Shown here: positions 20,397-29,390 of the stretch, one piece after another
Numbering within the stretch: position 1 is the first letter of the stretch
How the letters are laid out: every line of letters starts with the position of its first letter
Position numbers and translations under genes: made by a program
NCBI GenBank assembly: GCA_038891095.1
Contig: JAWAEV010000002.1
Coordinates: 32,001-96,000 of the forward strand
Direction: 5' to 3'
DNA length: 64,000 nucleotides
Origin: Candidatus Altiarchaeota archaeon
GTDB taxonomy: Archaea; Altiarchaeota; Altiarchaeia; IMC4; QMZM01
The notes under the pieces: generated by a model
What the model saw: the letters and a program-made list of their open reading frames with translations, nothing else
What the model was told of the DNA's origin: nothing
Database searches by the model: none

Positions 20397-20445
20397 TTTA
20401 TTAAAGTTAATTTAGCTTTTATAACTAAAAATTAATTCTTCTTGA

Positions 20446-20549
20446 GATGAAACACCTTTTCTTCCTAAGAAAAGGGGTTCAATAATTTCCTAAATTTGAA
20501 TAGTTCTTTTGGGGATGAAACACCTTTTCTTCCTAAGAAAAGGGGTTCA
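20446..20549. repeat. Two identical 36-bp palindromic direct repeats separated by 32 bp
   Basis: GATGAAACACCTTTTCTTCCTAAGAAAAGGGGTTCA at 20446-20481 and 20514-20549. Confidence 0.95.
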
Positions 20550-22865
20550 TTCAAAGAATGATTTTATTTTTATTGGAACTTGAGTTCTTGTCAAAATTTC
20601 TCCAAATGATTCATACTTCTTAAGTTTTGGATCAGCAACAACATAGAAGTAATGATTGTATCTTTTTAGAATTTCAAGTTTTTCCTCCATTTTCTCAACA
20701 TTTTCTTTCAGTGTTGGAGAAGCAATAATTTCAATAGCAACAAGCTCGCCATTCTTAGCCTCAAATATTATATCTGGAAGCTTAGTGAAATGCATTGAAA
20801 CTTTTTCAGTGTAATTTTTAACTTCCTCAAATATTAAGTTCTGAAGGACAAAATGCTCATCACTCTCACCCGTTTCATTTTTTATTATAAACAAATCGCT
20901 TTTACCTTCCAAAGTTTCAACTCTAACTTCATTGAATTCTAACTTCTCTAAAGTTTGAATTTGTTCTGTAAGCAATTTTATTTTTCTGTGGAATGTTTGA
21001 GTTAAATCAAAGCCCAATTCAAGTTCTTTCTTAACAGCGGGTGGTTTTTCTTCATGTACTAATTCAACTAATTCATCTGGTTTTGTTGTTATAATTCTAT
21101 GCTCTTCTTTCGATGCTTGTATAAAAATCGGAACTCTCAAATTTTCAGCAATTAATAATGCATTACCTGCTGTTGCAGTTCTAAGCAAGTGCTCTTCAGC
21201 TTCATTCAAATGAAATTTTTCTGTAATCTGGCTCATAACTGTTGGATCTTGCTGTAGTAAAATTTTTGTTGCTGTGTTGCTAAGAACAGCTCTTCCTGCT
21301 CTTGAAGTTAAAACATCTTCTACATCTTGAGTTATCATAACTAAAGAAAGATTGAACTTTCTGCATGTTTTAACTAATCTAAATATATATTCGCCTTCTT
21401 CACTTGCTGAGAGCACTGTCCAAGCTTCATCAACAACTAACATCTTTCTCTTTTTTGATTTTTTCATTGAATTATAAACATATTCTAAAATTAAAAACAT
21501 TATTGCTGGCTTTCCAACATCCGGTATGTCTCTAATGTCAAATGAAATCATCCTATTGTCCAAATCTATCCTCGTCTGTTGGTTTAGAAATCTTAATGGC
21601 CCGGAAACATAGCTCTTCATTCTATTTACAATAGCCATTGCTGGTTTGTAGATAATTTCTTTTTCTGATCTTGTTAAAGGCATTACATGATCATAAAGAT
21701 CCCCTAAAGTTGGGGGTTTTTTTATCCATGTTCTTGGATCTTTTGTTATACCGACATCCTCATAAGTTCGGTCAATAGCATCATCAAGAATTGCTCTTTG
21801 ACCTTCTGTTAGCTCTCCTAATAGAACTCTGAAGAATGATAAAAGAGACAATTTTTTCTCATCCAACGTTTGGTTTGTTAAATCAAACGGATTTATAATC
21901 GTATCTGAATCCGGAGCAATTCTTATAGTTTTTCCTTTGAAAACTCTAACTAGATCAGTATATTCTGCTTGTGGATCAATTATGTTAATGTCAACATTCT
22001 CCATGAATTCTCTCATTAGCAAAAGTTTTATGCAGTAGCTTTTACCGCCACCAGAAGTGCCTAAAACGAGTATATTCGGATTACTTAACTCAAAGGGATC
22101 GATAATTATAGGAATGTTATTCAGTTGGTTAAAGCCTATAAGCACACCTGTTGTTTGATGCTCTAATGAGGTAATTGCAAATGGGAAGCATGCAGCTGCA
22201 GCTGAAGATGTTAAATCCCTTGTAACTTTTAATTCATCATTTGCTATTGGAAGAACTGACTTTAGAGCTTTTATCATCTGAAATGATGGCACTTTTGGAG
22301 TTATCATAATTGAATTCATTTTTGCTGCAATTTTTGATGCTAATTTATCCAATTTTTTTGGATCATCAGCTTTTGCATCTATGTAAAGAGACATTGCAAA
22401 CATTTTCTCTGTACCTTGTTGTATTGCCTCAAGCAATGCCTTTGTATCCTGGTGTTTTTGTATTAACGATTGTGGAACTATTTTACCTTCTGCCTTTAGG
22501 CCATAAATATCTGTCTTTTGCTTTTTTAATTCATTTTCAAGAATTTTTATCGCATGCTCTACAGGATATGGATTTATATGTATAGAAAGATCAAAGTCTA
22601 AATTCATTTCCACTAGAGTAGTGAGCCATCCTGGCTTAACAACTCTTGGATAATTTATTGCTGCTAAAACTCTATGATATTTCTCTATTTGAATGTCGTT
22701 AACATGTGTAACTATTGTTGATGGCGAAGTCAAATACTCTATTAGTTTATCTTCATAAGTCTCTGCCTCTTCCTTGCTTTTTTCAGTTATCGGTAACTTT
22801 TCTTTTTTCCCCTTACTTAAACCAAAAATATCTAAGCCAGGAATTTTCAGTGATTGCAAATTCAT
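20547..22865 (-). CDS. virB4: VirB4/TraC-like ATPase with C-terminal PD-(D/E)XK-like domain
   Basis: IIDPFELSNPNILVLGTSGGGKS, IIDPQAEY, INPFD, VVDEAW, CRKFNLSLVMITQ; ATG 22865 follows the prgI stop. Confidence 0.9.
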   Translation of the reverse strand: MNLQSLKIPGLDIFGLSKGKKEKLPITEKSKEEAETYEDKLIEYLTSPSTIVTHVNDIQIEKYHRVLAAINYPRVVKPGWLTTLVEMNLDFDLSIHINPYPVEHAIKILENELKKQKTDIYGLKAEGKIVPQSLIQKHQDTKALLEAIQQGTEKMFAMSLYIDAKADDPKKLDKLASKIAAKMNSIMITPKVPSFQMIKALKSVLPIANDELKVTRDLTSSAAAACFPFAITSLEHQTTGVLIGFNQLNNIPIIIDPFELSNPNILVLGTSGGGKSYCIKLLLMREFMENVDINIIDPQAEYTDLVRVFKGKTIRIAPDSDTIINPFDLTNQTLDEKKLSLLSFFRVLLGELTEGQRAILDDAIDRTYEDVGITKDPRTWIKKPPTLGDLYDHVMPLTRSEKEIIYKPAMAIVNRMKSYVSGPLRFLNQQTRIDLDNRMISFDIRDIPDVGKPAIMFLILEYVYNSMKKSKKRKMLVVDEAWTVLSASEEGEYIFRLVKTCRKFNLSLVMITQDVEDVLTSRAGRAVLSNTATKILLQQDPTVMSQITEKFHLNEAEEHLLRTATAGNALLIAENLRVPIFIQASKEEHRIITTKPDELVELVHEEKPPAVKKELELGFDLTQTFHRKIKLLTEQIQTLEKLEFNEVRVETLEGKSDLFIIKNETGESDEHFVLQNLIFEEVKNYTEKVSMHFTKLPDIIFEAKNGELVAIEIIASPTLKENVEKMEEKLEILKRYNHYFYVVADPKLKKYESFGEILTRTQVPIKIKSFFE

Positions 22866-22866
22866 T

Positions 22867-23763
22867 TTATTTCTCTTTTTCTTCAAATTCAGGAACTCTT
22901 ATTGGTTCAGGTGTTTCTGTCCACATTTTTCTATAGAATGTTATTGGAGATAGGAACTCATCATCTATATTAAATGTCTCTGTAAAGTATGATGAATATA
23001 AAGCCAATAGTTGTTTATTATCTAATCTACTAGCAATTATGCCAGATCTTGCTAATGCTTCTATAACTGTTCTGCATCTTGTTTCCAAGCTTCTTATAAC
23101 CTCTCTTTCATCCCAGTGTCTTTTTGCCGGGATTACTATATAAAAAAGCCGATCATTAATCTTATTAGCCCTAATGTAATCATACATATACTCAGAAAAG
23201 TGCTCAAAATATGCTAAGGAAATTTTATCATCTCTCTGCAAAATTCTTCTTTTTACTGCATTCAAATAATCTGAAAGATCGAGATTTACTGACCTCATGA
23301 CAATTTGCACAGGGAAATTTAATGAATTTAGAAATTGCAGAAAACCATAAATCACAGTATCTTGATCTTCTCTTGAAAGAACGCCAAAATTAATTGGTTT
23401 TACTTTAACAACACCTAAAACCTCGCCCGTTTTTAAAAAAACAGCATCAGCTCTTATTGTTTTTATATCCATAAGTTTTCTTGCAGTTGGTGAAATCCAT
23501 GAGGCGCTTTCTCTCTCTCTCAAAAAAAATATGTAGTTCTTTATGTATTCCTCTAAATCAAACTGCACAAATCCAATGCCAATAGCACCAACAATCAAAA
23601 CAAGAAAAATTTTCAAAATAAACTCCTTATCTGAAAGACCAGAAAAGAAAAGAATATAAAGAATTATACTTAAGGTAATTAGAGCATAAATTGATTGCTT
23701 TATTGTCAATGGCCCAAAAAGCCTTTCCTCATATCTTATATCAGTTGGTATGCGATATGGCAT
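22867..23763 (-). CDS. PrgI-family (VirB3-like) membrane protein with VirB4 N-terminal-like soluble domain
   Basis: YRIPTDIRYEERLFGPLTIKQ, two TMs, VKPINFGVLSREDQ..FLNSLNFPVQIVMRS. Confidence 0.85.
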   Translation of the reverse strand: MPYRIPTDIRYEERLFGPLTIKQSIYALITLSIILYILFFSGLSDKEFILKIFLVLIVGAIGIGFVQFDLEEYIKNYIFFLRERESASWISPTARKLMDIKTIRADAVFLKTGEVLGVVKVKPINFGVLSREDQDTVIYGFLQFLNSLNFPVQIVMRSVNLDLSDYLNAVKRRILQRDDKISLAYFEHFSEYMYDYIRANKINDRLFYIVIPAKRHWDEREVIRSLETRCRTVIEALARSGIIASRLDNKQLLALYSSYFTETFNIDDEFLSPITFYRKMWTETPEPIRVPEFEEKEK

Positions 23764-23902
23764 TCTAAGTCAATTCCTTTAATTAAGTATTAGAGAATAA
23801 GATAAAAAATCTTTTCGATATTTACGAACTAACTATATTTGATAAATTCTAATAAGTTTTGATAAAGGATTCGATTAACGTTTTGCTTAGAATGGTGTTT
23901 CA

Positions 23903-24313
23903 CTACCCCCCCGCACATTCATTATCGCAGCCATCGATAAAACCTCTTGGATCTCCCATTTGACCAAAACCTCCAACAACCCACCAAACTAAAAATACAG
24001 CAATGATAACAATTATCAGTCCAATAATTGCGTGCACTATAGTGCCTTTTGCAGCACCTCTTGCTGATGGATCATCACCCGAACCAATCCATTTAACACC
24101 TGCAATTAGAATAACAAGAGCTGCAATTGCAGCAGTAGCCCAGAAAATTAAATAGAAAACTCTGCAAATTAAACAAGTTAGTACGTCACCAAGTGGTGGT
24201 TGAGTAGCTTGAGCATAAACCAACCCTGCAATTAAAATTTCCATCAATAAAATTGCTGAAATTAAAAATTTCCTATCCAATTTAAATCCAAAAAAATTAT
24301 GTTTAGTTTTCAT
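23903..24313 (-). CDS. TrbC/VirB2-like pilin
   Basis: Signal peptide ending VYA, helical hairpin IAALVILIAGVKWIGSGDDPSARGAAKGTIVHAIIGLIIV. Confidence 0.85.
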   Translation of the reverse strand: MKTKHNFFGFKLDRKFLISAILLMEILIAGLVYAQATQPPLGDVLTCLICRVFYLIFWATAAIAALVILIAGVKWIGSGDDPSARGAAKGTIVHAIIGLIIVIIAVFLVWWVVGGFGQMGDPRGFIDGCDNECAGG

Positions 24314-24383
24314 TTTTTTATAAATATTTTTATATAGGTATTTAAATATATAATGAACATATATAAAAACCTTTCGGTTTAAA

Positions 24384-24497
24384 ATGAAATTAAAATTAAG
24401 AGAAGATATAACTAAGAGGGAGATCTATATGTTTATAGGCTTAGTAGTTTTTCTGTTTTTGTGGCTTTGGTTTACATACACTTTTATTTTGAGATAG
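24384..24497 (+). CDS. Small single-TM protein (37 aa)
   Basis: MKLKLREDITKREIYMFIGLVVFLFLWLWFTYTFILR; TATA-like ATATAAAAA upstream; same strand as aglH. Confidence 0.5.
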   Translation: MKLKLREDITKREIYMFIGLVVFLFLWLWFTYTFILR

Positions 24498-24525
24498 CAT
24501 ATAGATTTTTCAAAGCAGGATAAAA

Positions 24526-25515
24526 ATGTATCAATTTATCGCAATTTTTCTTGTTTCATTTATTGTGACATTTTTATTTATGCCTTGGCTTATACCAAAG
24601 CTTAAAAGAGCAAAAATTTTTGGCAAGGATGTAAATAAGCCAGATAGCCAAGGATTTGTTAAATTTAAAAAGGAAGTTCCTGAGATGGGTGGGCTTGGAA
24701 TAATTTTTGGTTTTTCTGTCGGAGTTTTATTTGCGATAGGAATGTCAACTTTTTTCCATATTTTTGGAAGTGAATTTAATTTGAATTTTATAATGGCTGC
24801 TTTTATTACAGTTTTGCTTATGGCAATTATTGGCATTTTAGATGATCTGTTTTCAATGCATCAGGCAGTAAAAGCAATTTTGCCACTTTTTGCTGCAATG
24901 CCTTTGGTTGCAATTCGCGTTGGTGTTACAAAAATGTATTTTCCACTTCTAGGATATGTTGATTTTGGAATTTTCTACATTTTAATTTTAGTTCCAATAG
25001 CAATTACTGTTGCTTCAAATGTCACAAATATGCTTGCAGGTTTTAATGGTTTAGAAGCAGGTATGGGTTCAGTTGCTTGTATTTCATTAGCAATAATTGC
25101 ATTTAAAATTCAATCTATTAATGCATTAATTTTATTGCTTGCTATGGCTGGAGCATTGTTAGCTTTTCTGTATTATAATTGGTATCCTGCAAAAGTTCTT
25201 ATAGGTGATGTTGGGACTCTCAGCATAGGAGCAGTTATCGCATCATCTGTAATAATTGGAAATTTTGAAACTTCGGGCATAATAGTTATAATCCCATATG
25301 CAATAGATTTTTTCATAAAGGCAATGAATGGTTTTCCGAGCAAGAATTGGTGGGGTAGCTATGAGAATGGAAAGTTATACTGTAAGAATAAGCCGATTAG
25401 CTTTTGTCAATGGATAATGAAACTCTCAAATGGAATCTCTGAAAGAAATTTAACAATTCTTTTAATTTTAATTGAAGCAATTTTTGGAATAATAGCAATA
25501 TTACTCTCAAAGTAA
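24526..25515 (+). CDS. aglH: UDP-GlcNAc:dolichyl-phosphate GlcNAc-1-P transferase (GT4/MraY family)
   Basis: GKDVNK, VPEMGG, GILDD, NMLAGFNGLE, YPAKVLIGDVG. Confidence 0.88.
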   Translation: MYQFIAIFLVSFIVTFLFMPWLIPKLKRAKIFGKDVNKPDSQGFVKFKKEVPEMGGLGIIFGFSVGVLFAIGMSTFFHIFGSEFNLNFIMAAFITVLLMAIIGILDDLFSMHQAVKAILPLFAAMPLVAIRVGVTKMYFPLLGYVDFGIFYILILVPIAITVASNVTNMLAGFNGLEAGMGSVACISLAIIAFKIQSINALILLLAMAGALLAFLYYNWYPAKVLIGDVGTLSIGAVIASSVIIGNFETSGIIVIIPYAIDFFIKAMNGFPSKNWWGSYENGKLYCKNKPISFCQWIMKLSNGISERNLTILLILIEAIFGIIAILLSK

Positions 25516-25516
25516 T

Positions 25517-25960
25517 TTACTTTAGTTTCAATTCAACAACTTCTATACCTGCACCTTTTAAGATTTCTAATCCTTCCTCATCAGTATAATCCCCAGAAAT
25601 TACAACTCTTTTTATACCAGAATTAACAATTAATCTTGCACAAATTTTGCATGGAAAAGCATTCACATAAAGAGTTGCTCCAAGTGCTGCCTTTCCAGCT
25701 TGAAGAAGAGCATTTTGTTCTGCATGTACTGCTGGGCATATTTCATGACCTTTTCCAGAAGGAATTTTTAGCTTATCTTTAATGCAACCAATGTCCTCAC
25801 AATGCGGAGCACCACGAATAACACCATTATAGCCAGTTGCGATTATTTCATGCTTTTCATTTACTATGACTGCTCCATATTTATGTCTAATGCATGTTGA
25901 CCTTGCTGCAACATCATTTGCAATTTTTGAAAAATATTCATCCCATGTTGGCCTTGGCAT
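25517..25960 (-). CDS. dCMP deaminase
   Basis: RPTWDEYF, ATGYNG, HAEQNA, PCKIC. Confidence 0.93.
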   Translation of the reverse strand: MPRPTWDEYFSKIANDVAARSTCIRHKYGAVIVNEKHEIIATGYNGVIRGAPHCEDIGCIKDKLKIPSGKGHEICPAVHAEQNALLQAGKAALGATLYVNAFPCKICARLIVNSGIKRVVISGDYTDEEGLEILKGAGIEVVELKLK

Positions 25961-26021
25961 TTTAATAAAATTTTACTATTTAAATTTCAACTTAGATATT
26001 AATAAATCTTTAAATCTAAAA

Positions 26022-26414
26022 ATGGAAGAGATTAAGATTGCTGAATTTAAAGATTTAAAAGTTGGAAAGTATGTATTGATTGATGGGGAACCATGTAGAG
26101 TTCTTTCTACAACACATTCTAAGCCTGGAAAGCATGGTGGAGCTAAGGTAAGAGTTGATGCTATCGGCCTTTTCGATGACCAAAAAAGAGTTATTATTGG
26201 TCCAGTTAACCAAAAAATTGAAGTTCCAGTTGTGAATAAAAAAACAGCTCAAGTTCTTGTTGCAATAAAAGATAAAGCCCAACTTATGGACATGCAGAGT
26301 TATGAAACATTTGAATTGCAAATCCCTGACGAGTTAAAAGACAAATTAAGTGAAGGCATTTCAGTTATGTATCTTGAATATGGCAGCAAAAGAAGAATTT
26401 TGCAATTGGCCTAA
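26022..26414 (+). CDS. eif5a: Translation factor aIF5A
   Basis: SKPGKHGGAK hypusine motif; start at ATG 26022. Confidence 0.96.
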   Translation: MEEIKIAEFKDLKVGKYVLIDGEPCRVLSTTHSKPGKHGGAKVRVDAIGLFDDQKRVIIGPVNQKIEVPVVNKKTAQVLVAIKDKAQLMDMQSYETFELQIPDELKDKLSEGISVMYLEYGSKRRILQLA

Positions 26415-26836
26415 TCTTCTTTAGCTTTCTCTCCAAAGCTCTCATATATCTCCTCATATCTCTTTAACTTTAGAATTATGTAGATAAGCAAAGTTGTTAT
26501 TATTGCTAAAAGATATTCCCCAATGCCAACACATAAACCAACTGCTGAAACTGCCCACAAACTTGCAGCAGTGGTTACGCCTATAACATTTGCTCCCTGA
26601 GCGATTATAACTCCTGCCCCAAGGAATCCTACACCAGTGATAATATTAGAAGCTATTCTAGCAGGATCTTCACCAAAGGACATAGACACAATTGTTATCA
26701 AACAGGAACCTAAGCAAACTAGCATGTAAGTTCTCAAGCCTGCTGGTTTTTTCATTTTCTCTCTCTCAAATCCAATAACTGCACTGAGAATTGTTGCAAC
26801 TATAAGCCTTAATATTATATTTATGTCCGAAATCAT
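26411..26836 (-). CDS. MgtC/SapB family membrane protein
   Basis: IGFERE..PAGLRT, DPARIA..GVGFLGAG, TTAASLW. Confidence 0.92.
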   Translation of the reverse strand: MISDINIILRLIVATILSAVIGFEREKMKKPAGLRTYMLVCLGSCLITIVSMSFGEDPARIASNIITGVGFLGAGVIIAQGANVIGVTTAASLWAVSAVGLCVGIGEYLLAIITTLLIYIILKLKRYEEIYESFGEKAKED

Positions 26837-26922
26837 TCTATTAGCATATTAATTCTTTAACTAAAATATATTCAAACCAATTTATATTTAAGTAAAACAA
26901 TAATATATACACAAATAAAAAA

Positions 26923-27390
26923 ATGAAGATTGATGAGCTTGATATTGAGATACTTAAACATCTTCAAGGAAATGCAAGATTAAGCTTTAGAGAACTTGGA
27001 AGGAAACTTGGTGTGCCGCATACAACAATTTTTACAAGAGCTGAAAGATTATTAAGGAGGGGAATTATAAAGAAATTTTCAGCTATACTCCACCCACATG
27101 AGATAGGCCTTATGCAGTCTATATTGTTTATAAATGCTTCAGCAGCAGAATCAAAAGCAATAGCTGCAGAAATAGCAAAACATCCAGAAGTTAGACATGT
27201 TTTTAGAACAGTTGATGGAAAAATTATTGCAAAAGTGGTAGTTGCAAAAAAAGATAAAGGCCTTGAAGAATTCCTAATGAAGTTGGATAAGTATGATATG
27301 ACAGTCTACCCAGTGCATGAAGTGACAAAATTTGACAATGATATACCAACAGAAACATTGCGCGGCTTGGAGTTCTATAAAAATAAATAG
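26923..27390 (+). CDS. Lrp/AsnC family transcriptional regulator
   Basis: DELDIEIL..NARLSFRELG HTH, GIIKKF. Confidence 0.9.
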   Translation: MKIDELDIEILKHLQGNARLSFRELGRKLGVPHTTIFTRAERLLRRGIIKKFSAILHPHEIGLMQSILFINASAAESKAIAAEIAKHPEVRHVFRTVDGKIIAKVVVAKKDKGLEEFLMKLDKYDMTVYPVHEVTKFDNDIPTETLRGLEFYKNK

Positions 27391-27459
27391 ATGTCTATTG
27401 CTTTCCGTTTTCTAATTTTCTAAAGCTTTATTAATTGTTCATTCTGGTAGACAGAGGTA

Positions 27460-27789
27460 TTATATTTTAAAAATTTTCTTTAATGGAAAAATAATTAAAA
27501 ATAAACCATAAGATAGGACAATTGCTGATAGAATTCCTAAGAAATCTTCGATATTTATAGTAACTCCAGTTATTTCTTTAACTAAAATTAATCCATCTTT
27601 AATTGCCCATATAACTATTCCAAAAAATAGAAGCTTTATACCTCTCAAAAAAGTATCTGAATGTAAAAAAAATAAACTACTTATAGACTTTTTATCCCTT
27701 TTCTTTAAATTTTTGACACTATCTATTATCTGACTTACTATCAACAAGCATATTATCAAAATCAAAAAATTTATAATTTTTAGAATCAT
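27460..27789 (-). CDS. Small membrane protein (3 TM)
   Basis: Hydrophobic segments; ATG 27789 just after rpl39e stop. Confidence 0.65.
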   Translation of the reverse strand: MILKIINFLILIICLLIVSQIIDSVKNLKKRDKKSISSLFFLHSDTFLRGIKLLFFGIVIWAIKDGLILVKEITGVTINIEDFLGILSAIVLSYGLFLIIFPLKKIFKI

Positions 27790-27790
27790 C

Positions 27791-27946
27791 TTAAAAAATA
27801 TTACTCCTTCGCCAATGTCTCCTTGATTTTGGGCTGTCGCGAACTTTTCTATTTGTTTTTGCAAAAACCCAAATTGGAGCTCTTTTGCTTGACTTGTGAG
27901 CTTTTGATAAAATTTGCTTTTTCTCTTGAGATTTTTGTTTTGCCAT
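27791..27946 (-). CDS. rpl39e: 50S ribosomal protein L39e
   Basis: Not in ORF track: MAKQKSQEKKQILSKAHKSSKRAPIWVFAKTNRKVRDSPKSRRHWRRSNIF. Confidence 0.95.
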   Translation of the reverse strand: MAKQKSQEKKQILSKAHKSSKRAPIWVFAKTNRKVRDSPKSRRHWRRSNIF

Positions 27947-28002
27947 GTTATATAATCAACTTTTTGTAATAAAAGTTATTATTTTAATATAGCTAACTAA
28001 CA

Positions 28003-28689
28003 ATGAAAAAATTTAACAAAGAAGAATTTAACAATTTTATAATTGAAAATAAAGTTGTTGGCTTTTTTGATGAGCCTATAAAATTAAAATCAGGCAGGCT
28101 TTCGAATTGGTATGTAAATTGGCGTAATATTGCTGAGGATGTTTTTCTTTTAGATAAGCTTAGTGATTATGTCATAGCTTTTGTTAATGAACTCAATTTA
28201 AAGCCAAAATGCTTTTATGGGGTTCCAGAAGGTGCAACAAAGCTGTCTTTGTTAACACAGTATAAATTTGCAAAAAAACAGAAGGATTATGGAAAGGGAG
28301 AATATCCCTTAGCAATGGGGCGCGGAAGGGAAAAGGAGCATGGTGAAGAAAAGGACAGGTACTTTCTTGGAGTGCCTAAGGGACCAACTATAGTTATTGA
28401 AGATGTTACCACAACTGGCAATTCTTTAATTGAAACAATTAAAATTTTGCAGAAATTTAATATCGAAATACTTGCAGCAATTAGTTTAACAAATAGAAAT
28501 GAGTTAGATGAAAATGGAAAGAAAGTTGAGGATAAAATAAGAGAGTTTGGCATAGCTTATTATACAATGAGCAATGCTCTTGAAATTCTTCCAATTGCAT
28601 GTAAAAAATTTAAATTGAATGAAAAGGCTAAAAAACTTCTGCAAGAGTATTTTGAAAAATATGGCACAGAGAAATTAAAATTAGAATGA
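28003..28689 (+). CDS. pyrE: Orotate phosphoribosyltransferase
   Basis: LKSGRLS, KEHG, VIEDVTTTGNS; coupled to pyrF. Confidence 0.88.
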   Translation: MKKFNKEEFNNFIIENKVVGFFDEPIKLKSGRLSNWYVNWRNIAEDVFLLDKLSDYVIAFVNELNLKPKCFYGVPEGATKLSLLTQYKFAKKQKDYGKGEYPLAMGRGREKEHGEEKDRYFLGVPKGPTIVIEDVTTTGNSLIETIKILQKFNIEILAAISLTNRNELDENGKKVEDKIREFGIAYYTMSNALEILPIACKKFKLNEKAKKLLQEYFEKYGTEKLKLE

Positions 28690-29390
28690 AAGAAATAATA
28701 AAATTGCAAAGGAGCATAATCCCTGCATGTGATACCTCTTTAAAAATTTATAAAAAAATTTTAAAAGAAACTGCAGAAATTGAAGAGATAGGAGCTTATA
28801 AAATTGGCTTTATCCTTGCTCTTAAATATGGGCTCCCAAAGATAGTAAAATTAACAAGAAAGTATACTGATAAGCTATTGATATATGACCATCAAAAAGC
28901 AGCAACAGATATACCAGAAACTGGAGAAAAATTTGCAGAAATTTGCAAGAGTGCTGGAATTGATGCAGTAATTCTATTTCCTCTCTCAGGACCGGAAACA
29001 GAAAAAGCTTGGATAAATGCAGCTAAGAAAAATAGCTTAGGCGTTATAATCGGCGGAATAATGACTCATGCAAAGTATAGAGAAAGTGAGAATGGTTTCA
29101 TAGCTGATAAAAAAATTTTTGAAATTTATAAAGTAGCTTTAAAACTTAAAGTGAGAGACTTTGTAGTTCCAGGTAACAAAATTGATGAAGCAAAAAAGAT
29201 AAAAAATTTATTTGATAGAGTAAAAATTAAGGTAACATATTATGCTCCGGGATTTATTGCGCAAGGTGGAGAGATTTCAGATTTTGAAAAAATTTTCTCA
29301 AAAGAAAGGGTGCATTTTATAATTGGCAGAGGTTTATATGAAGCGAAAGATATAAAGAAAAAGGCATTAGAATACGCAAGTAGAATCTAA
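28686..29390 (+). CDS. pyrF: Orotidine-5'-phosphate decarboxylase
   Basis: IPACD, AYKIG, DHQKAATDIPET, PGFIAQGG, IIGRGLY. Confidence 0.9.
   Translation: MKEIIKLQRSIIPACDTSLKIYKKILKETAEIEEIGAYKIGFILALKYGLPKIVKLTRKYTDKLLIYDHQKAATDIPETGEKFAEICKSAGIDAVILFPLSGPETEKAWINAAKKNSLGVIIGGIMTHAKYRESENGFIADKKIFEIYKVALKLKVRDFVVPGNKIDEAKKIKNLFDRVKIKVTYYAPGFIAQGGEISDFEKIFSKERVHFIIGRGLYEAKDIKKKALEYASRI

Noticed and set aside
20446-20549. CRISPR array
   Set aside because: Only two repeats, no cas genes in the window, one repeat overlaps a stop codon, and the termini are not typical GTT...GAAA(C/G); kept as an unexplained repeat
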